Below, one piece after another: positions 43,601-53,000 of a DNA stretch of 64,000 bases. The DNA lies in assembly GCA_902627615.1 (NCBI GenBank), contig CACOJW010000002.1:26971-90970 (forward strand), written 5' to 3'. A program made the translations under genes and the position numbers. The notes under the pieces are model-generated. The model was not told the DNA's origin and ran no database searches. It was given only the letters and a program-made list of their open reading frames with translations. Source of the stretch: an uncultured marine group III euryarchaeote (GTDB taxonomy: Archaea > Thermoplasmatota > Poseidoniia > MGIII > CG-Epi1). The stretch's first letter is position 1, and every line of letters begins with the position of its first letter.

Positions 43601-44869
43601 ATGAAAATAGGAATAGTAGGCGCAGGAATTTCTGGCTTAGCTATTTCAGTAGCTGCAGAAAAAGCAGGACATGAAGTAGTTCTTTTTGAGTCTGAGAGTG
43701 ATGTTGGTGGTAGAATGTCTTCTATACGTTTCGGCCCTTACATAATCGATATTGGTTTTCATGTTTTGCACACGGCTTATCCTTCACTGCATAGATGGAT
43801 TGATTTTAGACAACTTGAATTTAAAGAAATGGAAAAATGCACAGAAAGTATTGATCCTGATACAGGTCAAAGAAAATTACTTGCAGATGCAATTAAAATG
43901 CCTCTCAAGCTTTTTCCAACACTAAGAGCAATTGGCTTACGAGATGGTCTTAGACTCTTGAGGTGGAGGTTAGCCTCAAATGGTAAAGATATCGAATCAC
44001 CTCTAGATTTTAAATCTGAAAAAATAATTGATGGATTCAGACAACGAGGTTTTTCAAACAATCTTATTCAGAATATTCTTCGTCCATTGTTTGCAGGAAT
44101 CACCCTTGATCCAGATTTAGAAGAGCGTATGAGTTTTGCTTCTTTCACTTGGGCTGCAATGAGTTTAGGTTCCATGATAATGCCAAAAGGAGGTATCCAA
44201 GCTATACCTAATCAATTAGTTAACAGACTAGTTAGCACGAAACTCAGATTTAGTTCTAAAGTTAATGCCGTTTCGTCAACAAGTATTACCTGCAGTAAAG
44301 AAACAGAGAAATTCGATAAAGTAGTTTTAGCTACTCCGCAAAATGTAAGTTTTCATCTTCTAAATCGTAAGCCATTGAAAAAGGTAAGAAAAACTGCAAC
44401 AATTGTTTTCAATTCAAACAAAAATCCATTACCTAGGCATAGATTACTAATTAACGAAAAGTATGGCCTGAATGGAAATAAAATTCTTCACGCTCATTCA
44501 CATCCTTACCATCCAGAACTAATAATTGCTACAGTTATTGGGAATGATGCAGACTCATTACAGGAAAACCAAGATGAAATTTTATTAGAGTTTGAAAATT
44601 GGTTTGGTAAGCAAGTTAGAGAATGGGAGTTTGTAACAGTAACAAAAGTCGATAATGCATTACCTATGATTGATACGGGACACGTAGGAAGAATTAGGGA
44701 GCCAATCACTGAAAAAGGAATATTGCTTGCAGGCGATTATACCACACACCCATCAGTTCAAGGGGCATTGTTTTCAGCTGAAAGAGTTCTAGACTATTTA
44801 GGTATTCCAATACCTGACAAAACAATAAATGCAACCGCCTCTCAAACTAACCTAGGGCCTGTAGCCTAG
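43601..44869 (+). CDS. FAD/NAD(P)-binding oxidoreductase (amine oxidase / phytoene desaturase / PPO-like family)
   Basis: Dinucleotide-binding start KIGIVGAGISGLAISVAAEKAGHEVVLFESESDVGGR, and a C-terminal LLAGDYT block. The last 15 nt overlap tRNA-Arg. Confidence 0.8.
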   Translation: MKIGIVGAGISGLAISVAAEKAGHEVVLFESESDVGGRMSSIRFGPYIIDIGFHVLHTAYPSLHRWIDFRQLEFKEMEKCTESIDPDTGQRKLLADAIKMPLKLFPTLRAIGLRDGLRLLRWRLASNGKDIESPLDFKSEKIIDGFRQRGFSNNLIQNILRPLFAGITLDPDLEERMSFASFTWAAMSLGSMIMPKGGIQAIPNQLVNRLVSTKLRFSSKVNAVSSTSITCSKETEKFDKVVLATPQNVSFHLLNRKPLKKVRKTATIVFNSNKNPLPRHRLLINEKYGLNGNKILHAHSHPYHPELIIATVIGNDADSLQENQDEILLEFENWFGKQVREWEFVTVTKVDNALPMIDTGHVGRIREPITEKGILLAGDYTTHPSVQGALFSAERVLDYLGIPIPDKTINATASQTNLGPVA

Positions 44870-44931
44870 CCTGGAAGGGCGTCTGGCTTCTAACCAGAAG
44901 ATCCAGGGTTCGAATCCCTGCAGGCCCGCCA
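44855..44931 (+). tRNA. tRNA-Arg (UCU), CCA encoded
   Basis: GGGCCTG-TA-GCCT-AGCCTGGAA-GGGC-G-TCTGG-CT[TCT]AA-CCAGA-AGATC-CAGGG-TTCGAAT-CCCTG-CAGGCCC-G-CCA. All four stems pair. Confidence 0.92.
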
Positions 44932-44936
44932 TTATT

Positions 44937-45893
44937 CTAGAAAGGTAATTTTGATAAGTCTACATTTCCACCAGTAAGTATGATTCCTACTTTTTCAATA
45001 CCTTCTAGCTTTTTAAATTCAGGACTCATTACTACTGCGAAAGGCGTAGCGCAACTAGGTTCGATTATTATCTTCATTCTTTCCCATATTAATTTCATTG
45101 CTTTTACTACCTCTTCATCGCTAACAGTGTATATGGTTTCAAGATGGTCCCTTAGTATATTCCAGGTGTTTTCACCCAGACTAGTTAAGAGCCCATCGCA
45201 AATAGTATTTGGATTTTCTTGAGGCAATAAGCGTCCCTCTTTGAGAGAGCGGTAGGCATCATCTGCACCCTTTGGTTCAGCACCAAAGAGCCTTGCTTTT
45301 GGAAGAAGGTTTCGTGTAGTTATGCAAGTACCAGACATCAAGCCTCCTCCACCGATGGGGGCAATCATTGCGTCTAATTCACCTAGATCTTCAATCATTT
45401 CAAGTGCAGCAGTTCCTTGTCCAGCAATTACATTTGGATTGTTAAATGGGTGAATTACAGTAGCATCAGTTCTTTCAGCAATTTCCTTGAGGGTTGATTT
45501 TCTTGCATCAAGCGTAGGTTTGCAAAGAGTAACATTTGCACCATATCCCTTAACGGCATTAATTTTGACGTTAGGTGAATTATTCGGCATTACAATATAT
45601 GCAGGTATTCCTCTTTTTTGTGCAGAGTAGGCAACGGCTTGGGCATGATTTCCACTACTATGTGTACAAACGCCTTTTTCAGCTTCGTCGTCACTTAACA
45701 TAGAGACAGAATTCCAACCACCTCTGAATTTGAACGCTCCTATCTTTTGAAAATTTTCACATTTAAAGAAAAGTTTTCGACCTGCCATTTGATCTAAAGT
45801 TTTACTTGTTAGTATTGGTGTTCTGTGTCCAATTCCTTTAATACGTTCAGCTGCAGCACGAACGTCATCTATAGAAGCAGCATATTTTTCCAT
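44937..45893 (-). CDS. PLP-dependent serine/threonine dehydratase family enzyme (serine racemase / threo-3-hydroxyaspartate dehydratase-like)
   Basis: PLP-lysine block ENFQKIGAFKFRGG, plus SSGNHAQAVAY and the glycine loop PIGGGGLMSG. Confidence 0.88.
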   Translation of the reverse strand: MEKYAASIDDVRAAAERIKGIGHRTPILTSKTLDQMAGRKLFFKCENFQKIGAFKFRGGWNSVSMLSDDEAEKGVCTHSSGNHAQAVAYSAQKRGIPAYIVMPNNSPNVKINAVKGYGANVTLCKPTLDARKSTLKEIAERTDATVIHPFNNPNVIAGQGTAALEMIEDLGELDAMIAPIGGGGLMSGTCITTRNLLPKARLFGAEPKGADDAYRSLKEGRLLPQENPNTICDGLLTSLGENTWNILRDHLETIYTVSDEEVVKAMKLIWERMKIIIEPSCATPFAVVMSPEFKKLEGIEKVGIILTGGNVDLSKLPF

Positions 45894-46022
45894 TGAAATT
45901 TAATGGATGCAACTAGGATAAAAAAGGTTAATATGAAAAAGTAAGTAAATTCAGTCGGATAAATTTTTTTATTTATTAGGATATTTTTTAAGAGCTTAGT
46001 ATTTAAATCTTTAAATACCCTC

Positions 46023-46030
46023 TTTATATA
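46023..46030 (+). promoter_or_regulatory. Candidate TATA box (TTTATATA) for tbp
   Basis: It ends 27 nt upstream of the tbp ATG, inside the A/T-rich 163-nt divergent intergenic region. AGGAG lies 7 nt before the ATG. Confidence 0.45.
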
Positions 46031-46056
46031 CAAAGTTCTCCACATAGGAGTAACAC

Positions 46057-46608
46057 ATGGCAGAAATAATAGTGGTAAATGTTGTAGCTAGTGCATCGAT
46101 TGGTAAAGAATTGATGCTTCAAGATATAGCTTTTCAGTTAGAAGGCGCAGAATATGATCAGGATAGATTTCCAGGATTAATTTACAAATTGGCAGAACCA
46201 AAAACAGCAGTTTTAATTTTTAGAAGTGGTAAGGTAGTTTGTACTGGTGCAAGATCCATTCCAGATGTTCACGTTGCAATCAATAAAGTTGTAGATGAAC
46301 TTAGGGTTTTGGATATGCCTGTTAAAGATGAACCAGACATAGTTATACAGAACATTGTAGCAACTACAAATCTTGAATCAACTTTGAATCTTATCCAAAT
46401 TGCAATGTCTCTAGGTTTTGAGAATGTTGAGTATGAACCCGAAGCTTTCCCTGGCTTAGTTTACAGGATGGATGACCCAAAGGTCGTACTTCTATTATTC
46501 GGAAGTGGAAAGATGGTTTGTGTTGGAGCAAGAGAAGTAAATGATATTAAGAACGCAGTTAGAAACATAAAGGAAGAATTATCTACTGCCGGCTTAATGA
46601 GAACTTGA
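46057..46608 (+). CDS. tbp: TATA-box binding protein
   Basis: Two direct repeats: NVVASASIG...FPGLIYKL..PK.AVLIFRSGKVVCTGA and NIVATTNL...FPGLVYRM..PKVVLLLFGSGKMVCVGA. Confidence 0.97.
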   Translation: MAEIIVVNVVASASIGKELMLQDIAFQLEGAEYDQDRFPGLIYKLAEPKTAVLIFRSGKVVCTGARSIPDVHVAINKVVDELRVLDMPVKDEPDIVIQNIVATTNLESTLNLIQIAMSLGFENVEYEPEAFPGLVYRMDDPKVVLLLFGSGKMVCVGAREVNDIKNAVRNIKEELSTAGLMRT

Positions 46609-46613
46609 GCCGT

Positions 46614-46787
46614 ATGATTACAGTAGAACAATTAATTGAAAGATTAGAAGCTCTGCATGAAGATACAGGTGACCAATCACTTGAAGTAGCAGTGGATTTG
46701 TTTAATAGAATGCGCCGCAATATTTCAGGCAGAAATACTCTTTATGGTCATCTGTCGGATGACAAATGGCGAGATTTAGAATGGTGA
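46614..46787 (+). CDS. Small conserved-looking hypothetical protein between tbp and aIF5A
   Basis: 57 aa counted from ATG 46614 (the track uses TTG 46605, which overlaps the tbp stop). It ends 6 nt before aIF5A. No motif found. Confidence 0.4.
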   Translation: MITVEQLIERLEALHEDTGDQSLEVAVDLFNRMRRNISGRNTLYGHLSDDKWRDLEW

Positions 46788-46793
46788 GATAGT

Positions 46794-47189
46794 ATGAGCC
46801 AAACATCGATACAAGAAATCAGAACATTGAAAGTCGGCAGGTATATCGTTATTGACGATGAACCTTGCAAATTGGTAGAATATACTACCTCAAAGCCAGG
46901 CAAACATGGTGAAGCTAAGGCACGTATGGTTGCTATTGGTCTTTTTGATAAACAAAAGAGATCACTAGTACATCCAGTCAAGCATAAAGTTCACGTTCCA
47001 CAAGTAGACCGCCGTAAAGCGCAAATTTTAGCCAATATGGGTGCTGAAGTTCAAATGATGGATCTTGAAACATTTGAAACGTTCAACATACCTTTGACAG
47101 ATGTACCTGAGAAATTCCATGGAGATATGGAACCAGGTAATGAGATAGTTTTTCTCGCAGCTATGGGGCGTAAACTGGTAACAGACTAA
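46794..47189 (+). CDS. Translation initiation factor 5A (aIF5A)
   Basis: The hypusine-loop sequence [18 protein letters not shown], and the typical 131-aa size comprising an SH3-like domain plus an OB domain. Confidence 0.95.
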   Translation: MSQTSIQEIRTLKVGRYIVIDDEPCKLVEYTTSKPGKHGEAKARMVAIGLFDKQKRSLVHPVKHKVHVPQVDRRKAQILANMGAEVQMMDLETFETFNIPLTDVPEKFHGDMEPGNEIVFLAAMGRKLVTD

Positions 47190-47190
47190 A

Positions 47191-48051
47191 GTGACAGAAT
47201 TCTTTGCGGACGCAGAAAGTTCATTTGATGAAGCAAAGTTCGTATTTTACGGCTACCCTTACGACGGTACTGCGTGTTTCAGAAAAGGTACTTCAGAAGC
47301 TCCGGATGAAATCCGTAGGCATAGCTATAATTTTGAAACATACTTAATGGAATTGGGTATTGACTTATGCGATGTTTCTGCTAATGATTGGGGCAATTTA
47401 GAAATTACTAAAGATCAAGAGAAGAATGAAGCTCGATTAGAGGAATTAGTAACAAAAATAGTTTCTTCAAATAAATTTCCAGTGGGTATTGGCGGAGAGC
47501 ATTCATTGACTCCTGCCGCAGTGCGTGCGGTCCAATCAAAATATCCAAATTTAGCAGTTGTAATTTTAGATGCACATCTTGATTTTAGACAAGAATATGA
47601 AGGTAATGAAAAATCGCATGCAACAGTAACAAGGCGCCTTACAGATATTGTAGGTTTAGATAAAGTCCGTCCAGTCGGAATTCGTTCAGTTTCTCAATCT
47701 GAAATATCAGAAGCTAGGACAATAGGTTTGAAGTTTATAGAATCTGGTTGGACTGAATTAAGAGAATATTTAACAGATATTATTGATGAATTAGATAGTC
47801 CCGTTTATCTTAGTTTAGATATGGATGCCATAGATCCTGCATTTGCACCAGGAGTAGGTACTCCAGAACCATTTGGGATGACTCCATACGAAGTATTACA
47901 GACAATTAATTTCTTTTCAGATAGAATTGTTGCTTTTGACTGTGTAGAAGTTAGTCCGCCATATGATAATGGAAATACTTCAGCTCTTGCAGCTAGAATT
48001 ATCCGTCACTTAGTTGGTGCCATTTGGCAATCTCAAGAACGTTTCAAGTAA
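47191..48051 (+). CDS. speB: Agmatinase (ureohydrolase family)
   Basis: Mn-ligand blocks GGEHS, LDAHLDFR and SLDMDAIDP. GTG start 1 nt after the aIF5A stop. Confidence 0.9.
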   Translation: MTEFFADAESSFDEAKFVFYGYPYDGTACFRKGTSEAPDEIRRHSYNFETYLMELGIDLCDVSANDWGNLEITKDQEKNEARLEELVTKIVSSNKFPVGIGGEHSLTPAAVRAVQSKYPNLAVVILDAHLDFRQEYEGNEKSHATVTRRLTDIVGLDKVRPVGIRSVSQSEISEARTIGLKFIESGWTELREYLTDIIDELDSPVYLSLDMDAIDPAFAPGVGTPEPFGMTPYEVLQTINFFSDRIVAFDCVEVSPPYDNGNTSALAARIIRHLVGAIWQSQERFK

Positions 48052-48663
48052 TCAATATTCTACAGGTATAGGATCTAAACTTCTCCACATGTACCAAGTT
48101 GCTACAGTACACCATGGCGACCATTTTGTTCTGAATTTTTCGAGTTCCTTTTTGTCAATTCGTTCAGAATTATAGTAGTGTTTCTCGATTCCTCTAATTA
48201 ATCCTATATCTGCCAAAGGCAATACATCTGGCCTTCCTAAGTTAAAAATCAGAAACATTTCAGCAGTCCAAACTCCAACGCCTTTTATCTTACATAGCCT
48301 ATCTATAGCCTCAGCATCAGATAATTCTCCCCAATTTGTAGTCAATACATCTGAGGAGGCTATGTTTTTTAGATAGGTTATTTTTTGTTTAGAAAGCCCA
48401 GCACTTCTCATTTCTTCATTTGATAAATTAATAATCTCTTCCTTGTTTATATTTCCATTACAGAGATCTTCGACTTTGGTCCAAACGCTATCTGCAGCTT
48501 TTACAGAAATCTGTTGCCCAACAATAGAACGGCACAGCGTTTCGAATGGCTTTCCCCTTAATGCCATTTTTTCACCACTATATTGAGATATTATTTCTTC
48601 AATCGTAGAATCTCTTCTACTGAGTTCCTCAACAGCCAATTGCCATTGTTCAACTACATTCAT
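48052..48663 (-). CDS. DNA-3-methyladenine glycosylase II (AlkA-like, HhH-GPD superfamily)
   Basis: Helix-hairpin-helix LCKIKGVGVWTAEMFLIF, followed by the catalytic-Asp segment PDVLPLADIGL. Confidence 0.85.
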   Translation of the reverse strand: MNVVEQWQLAVEELSRRDSTIEEIISQYSGEKMALRGKPFETLCRSIVGQQISVKAADSVWTKVEDLCNGNINKEEIINLSNEEMRSAGLSKQKITYLKNIASSDVLTTNWGELSDAEAIDRLCKIKGVGVWTAEMFLIFNLGRPDVLPLADIGLIRGIEKHYYNSERIDKKELEKFRTKWSPWCTVATWYMWRSLDPIPVEY

Positions 48664-48716
48664 ATACTATACCTAACCGCGCGCCTAAAATAGTGCTACG
48701 TTCGTGGAAATAAAGT

Positions 48717-48803
48717 GCGGGGGTCGCATAGTCTGGCCAATTGCGTCGGACTCAAAATCCGATCCTTAGTGGTACGTGGGTTCGAATCCCTCCCCCCGCA
48801 CCA
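48717..48803 (+). tRNA. tRNA-Leu (CAA), class II, CCA encoded
   Basis: GCGGGGG-TC-GCA..TGC-G-TCGGA-CT[CAA]AA-TCCGA-long variable arm-GTGGG-TTCGAAT-CCCTC-CCCCCGC-A-CCA. Discriminator A; one U-U mismatch in the T stem. Confidence 0.85.
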
Positions 48804-48816
48804 TTTTTGAATTAAT

Positions 48817-49374
48817 TTAAATCTCAGAGTAAATAGTTTCCAATTTAGGCCTTTTAATTTTAGGAGGAACTTTCCCTATTCCAATGAATATGAATCCAAT
48901 TATTTTTTCCTTTTTAGTATCAATTTTAGTGATTTCATAGGTTTTTTTATCTTCGGTAATTTTCCCTGTGGACCATTTAGTTCCAATATCTTTGCTAGCT
49001 AATGACAACATGATATTTTGTATAGCGCAAGAGCAAGCTGCATAATTTTCTAAATCTGTCTTAGTATCTTTATCTTTAATTTGACTGGCCACTACTAAAT
49101 GCGATGGGTTCATAATTTTACGCCTTAGCTTTTGTTTTATGTTTTTTCTTAAGATTTTATTTTCAGATTTTATTTCTAAATATCTTTTAGCTATTTTTAG
49201 CCTGTTTTCTTGTCCAATATTTTTGAATCTCCATGGGAAAGTGAGGCGGTGGCAAGGTGCAAGATTCCCTGCTTTTATGGCTTCTATTACTAGTTTGTTT
49301 GGAATTTTTTTATCTTCAAACTCATTAATGGTCCTTCTTAATTCAAAAATTTGGTTGAAATCCATACTTTTCAC
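48817..49374 (-). CDS. Nitroreductase-family flavoprotein
   Basis: N-terminal RRTINEFEDKKIP (RRS-x-R-x-F type), ...APCHRLTFPWRF, and the typical ~185-aa size. Confidence 0.75.
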   Translation of the reverse strand: MKSMDFNQIFELRRTINEFEDKKIPNKLVIEAIKAGNLAPCHRLTFPWRFKNIGQENRLKIAKRYLEIKSENKILRKNIKQKLRRKIMNPSHLVVASQIKDKDTKTDLENYAACSCAIQNIMLSLASKDIGTKWSTGKITEDKKTYEITKIDTKKEKIIGFIFIGIGKVPPKIKRPKLETIYSEI

Positions 49375-49386
49375 TGATTATAGGTT

Positions 49387-49944
49387 TTAAAAAGTTTTAG
49401 CAGTATTCTCGATTAAATTTATCCAGATTTTATGAAATCTTGTGTCGTTAGTTAGTTCAGGATGAAAAGTTAGAGCCATATTTTTTCCACTGGTGCAACC
49501 CACAATTTCTTTATTTTTCCAAGCGATTGGCTTAACACCATTCCCTAGTTTCTTAATCGCGGGCGCGCGTATGAAAACTCCATCGAAAGATTCATTATTT
49601 TCTAAGGTTATTTTGGTTTCAAAAGAGTCTCTTTGTCTTCCGTAATAGTTCCGGTCAATTTCAATGTCTATTTTTGCAAACGTTTCATCTTTGCATTTAC
49701 CCAAGAGTATCGCTCCGGCACAAGTCCCCATTATCGGTAATTCTGAGTTTTTTATTAAATCCCACATTTCTGAATTCTTTAGTAATTTTCTCAATGTAGT
49801 AGATTCTCCTCCGGGCATGATTAAGCCGTCTAAACGATTTATGTCTTTATTCTCTCTGACTTCAATTATATTGATGTCTAATTGGCGCATAATTATTTTA
49901 TGTTCAGATACTGCGCCTTGCAAAGCTAGGACTCCGATATTCAT
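49387..49944 (-). CDS. pdxT: Pyridoxal 5'-phosphate synthase glutaminase subunit
   Basis: IGVLALQGAVSEH, MPGGESTT, the catalytic GTCAG, and FHPE near the C-terminus. Confidence 0.92.
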   Translation of the reverse strand: MNIGVLALQGAVSEHKIIMRQLDINIIEVRENKDINRLDGLIMPGGESTTLRKLLKNSEMWDLIKNSELPIMGTCAGAILLGKCKDETFAKIDIEIDRNYYGRQRDSFETKITLENNESFDGVFIRAPAIKKLGNGVKPIAWKNKEIVGCTSGKNMALTFHPELTNDTRFHKIWINLIENTAKTF

Positions 49945-50053
49945 TTGTCTCTACATTCTAAACGCTAACCTTTATATTAGAATGGCGTCATGGTAGGTAC
50001 CCTTCAATGGGCTAACGCCCGTTGATACAAGGACTCAACCAAGGTGTATACAT

Positions 50054-53000
50054 ATGCAAAAAACTCATAATGTAAGCAAGAGAAATTGGGCTGCAAAGCT
50101 GATGGCGATTGTAGTCGTCGTGTCTATGGTAGCAAGCACGTTAGTGCTATTCGCTCCAGAGGCATCGGCAAGAACCGGAAGTGATTCTTACGGTTATACT
50201 TTTAAGGATAATGCTGAGGCAGATGGTCCAGTATACGATGATGAATGGATAGAATTAGTGGGCAATGATGCGGCTGAGCTATTAATTTCATCTAGTACTG
50301 ATGCAGGTCAATCCGCAGTTGATATTGGTTTTACCTTTGAATTCTACGAAAATGAATATACGACGTGGGGTAACGGAGGAGACAATGGATATATCAATTT
50401 AGGATCTGCAGGTTATTCCTCTCGCTGGACTCCATATTCAATCCCATATAGTGGATTGGGTACTGCAGTCATTGGCGGATGGTTTGACGGCGGTTTCTGT
50501 CGAGCAAGTAATCCAACAGCAGGAGTTTACTACGCTACTATAGGTACTGAACCAAACAGAAAATTAGTTGTTCAATACCAAGATCAGGGAGCATGGTATC
50601 CTTCAGTTTATCAATGTCCAGGTGCTGCAGCAGCTAATGCTTTGACCTGGCAGATAGTATTGCACGAAAATACAAATTTAATTACTATGAATTACAAGGA
50701 TACTAATGGCGGATATAGTTCAGATAATGAATATATGACAGCAGGTATCCAAGGTGTTCCAGGTGGAACTTTAACCGGTTTACAATATGCATACCGTAAT
50801 AGTCCAACTTGGTCTGATGAAACATCAGTAAGATATGCACCACCACCTCCAGCAAGAAATGATTTGAGATTGAAATCAACAGCAGTTCCTGATCCAATGT
50901 CTTTGGCAGAGGAAAACATTCTTGGAGCTACAGTATCTAATTACGGTGTAAACTGTGACACAGCAGGTGAATGTACTCCAGTAAATGAGGACAATGTAGC
51001 TGTAAAAGCCAGTATTTTCTCAGTTAAAGAGAGCGTTTCCACTTTCGCATTTGACGGTGAAGACTCAGATTCGTTCACACCAATGAGTATTCAAGGTCAA
51101 AACAAGTGGACTGCAGCTTTGAATGATGGTAAAGGAGACCACAACTACGGTGATGAAGGAAGTGACGATGGTTCATGGTCTTCAGGCCGTAAATCACAGA
51201 CTCTTGGCGGTATGTTTACAGATCAACAAAAAATCCATTACGATGGAACTAATATTTTGATTGCAGATAAAGGCTCAGACAGTGTTTTGAAATTGGATAT
51301 TGCCACAAATGCAGTAACAACAGTTATTGCTGCAAGTAGCACTTATCTTAATGATGTAATTGATGTTACAGATGATGGAACTTACTACTACACTTTGGCT
51401 AGAACTTCAGGAACTTACTCATCTACAACTAAAGTTTGTAAGTGGTTAATTTCTGATACAACCCAAGCACCAACATGTAGCGGTTCGACTGCAGTAAGGT
51501 ACGGAACTTCTTTGACCCATTACGGCGGTGAACTCTTTGCACTACAAACTTCATCAAGTTCGACATATCGTAAAGTCATAATTTTAGATGCAAGTGATAT
51601 GTCAACAGAAGGCAGTCTTTCCTATGCAAGTGGAGTTTCATCTTATTATTATGCAATGGGAATCGATGCCGATGATACTAATGGTGATTTGTATATTGCT
51701 TACCGTGATTACTACGGACGCACTAGAGAATATACTAGAGATTCAGATGGAGATTATTCAGCATCTGATTATAGGCAATTCTACACATACGCAAGATATC
51801 ACCACGCATTGGATGTTCAAGATGACTACGTCTACACTAGTGGATTCTACTACTCATCATGGTATGGCGGTATGAAGAAATGTTCAACAAGTTCATCTAG
51901 TTGTTCAACACTTTGGAATTCATACACTGGAGCGAACGGATACAAAGGTTCAGTTGCAACAACTGATACTGGAGATATTTACGTATCTAGTAATTACGCA
52001 TTCAGTTACTACAGTTTCTCTAATTGGGACGATAAAATCTGGATTCACGAAAATGATGGTGGCTACTCAGGTACACCAGATACAACCTTGGGACCAAATC
52101 CAGCTAGTTTGGCAGCATTGTCAACTCCGGCATTTGACACATCAGATGCTATTGGAATGACAATGACTTTCAAGTATTCATACCAATTTTACTACAGATG
52201 GGAAGGTGCTTACCTTGAGTCATCTGTTGACGGCGGAAGCACTTGGGACTATGTTTCAGGTGATAAATTCTCAGCCGGCGGATACTATGGAACTACATTC
52301 GGAGTATACGGAAATCCAATATCTACCTCACTAGATACTTGGACTTACTATAACACGAACGATAGATACAGTTACAATACAAATTCAGCCCCATGGGCCA
52401 CAGCTTCATTAGATCTTGGAGATTACACTGGTTACAGTGATGTGAGATTCCGATGGGTTGTAGGTTTCAATCAGTATGATAATACATACTACTATGATTC
52501 CTACTTCAGGATTGATGATGTAGAAATAACTACTAAAGAAGCAGATACTACTTATGCAGAAGAAACTCAAACTATAGCTTCTCTCGGGTTTAAAGAGGAA
52601 GCAAGTGTAGAATTCTTTACAGTGGATACTTTCCAGCCTTCGTTGGAAGGACTATCTGTTGGAGATAAGCTGGCAGTATTGATTAGTGTTACTGGCGAGA
52701 ACGGTGATGAGGATCTCAGTAACAACCGAGATATCCAATTCAGAGAAGTCAAATACGTTATATTTGCAGATGATTTCGAAGATGGTGATGCTAGCAATTG
52801 GGAAACTGGTAAGGTTAGATACGGATCAGGAGATACCTGGGAAGTTCGTGATAGAGATTCTAATGCAGGCTCTTACTCCATGGACAGTGACTTTAGGAGA
52901 TCAAATTCTGTTCCGGCAGATAACTATGTATCAACTCCAAGTTTAGACTTGACTTTGCCTGTAGAAGCCGAGCTTCAGATGGCAATATCTTTCTACGGAT

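Noticed and set aside
45894-46056. A/T-rich 163-nt intergenic region considered as a possible replication origin
   Set aside because: There is no orc1/cdc6 gene nearby, and I could find no repeated ORB-like elements. It is adequately explained as a divergent promoter region for tbp and the PLP enzyme.
40050-48803. A region bounded by two class-II tRNAs with identical 5' halves, which could suggest a tRNA-targeted genomic island
   Set aside because: The content is core housekeeping (ITPase, metG, tbp, aIF5A, speB, a glycosylase). There is no integrase, no direct repeat of a tRNA 3' end and no visible compositional shift.
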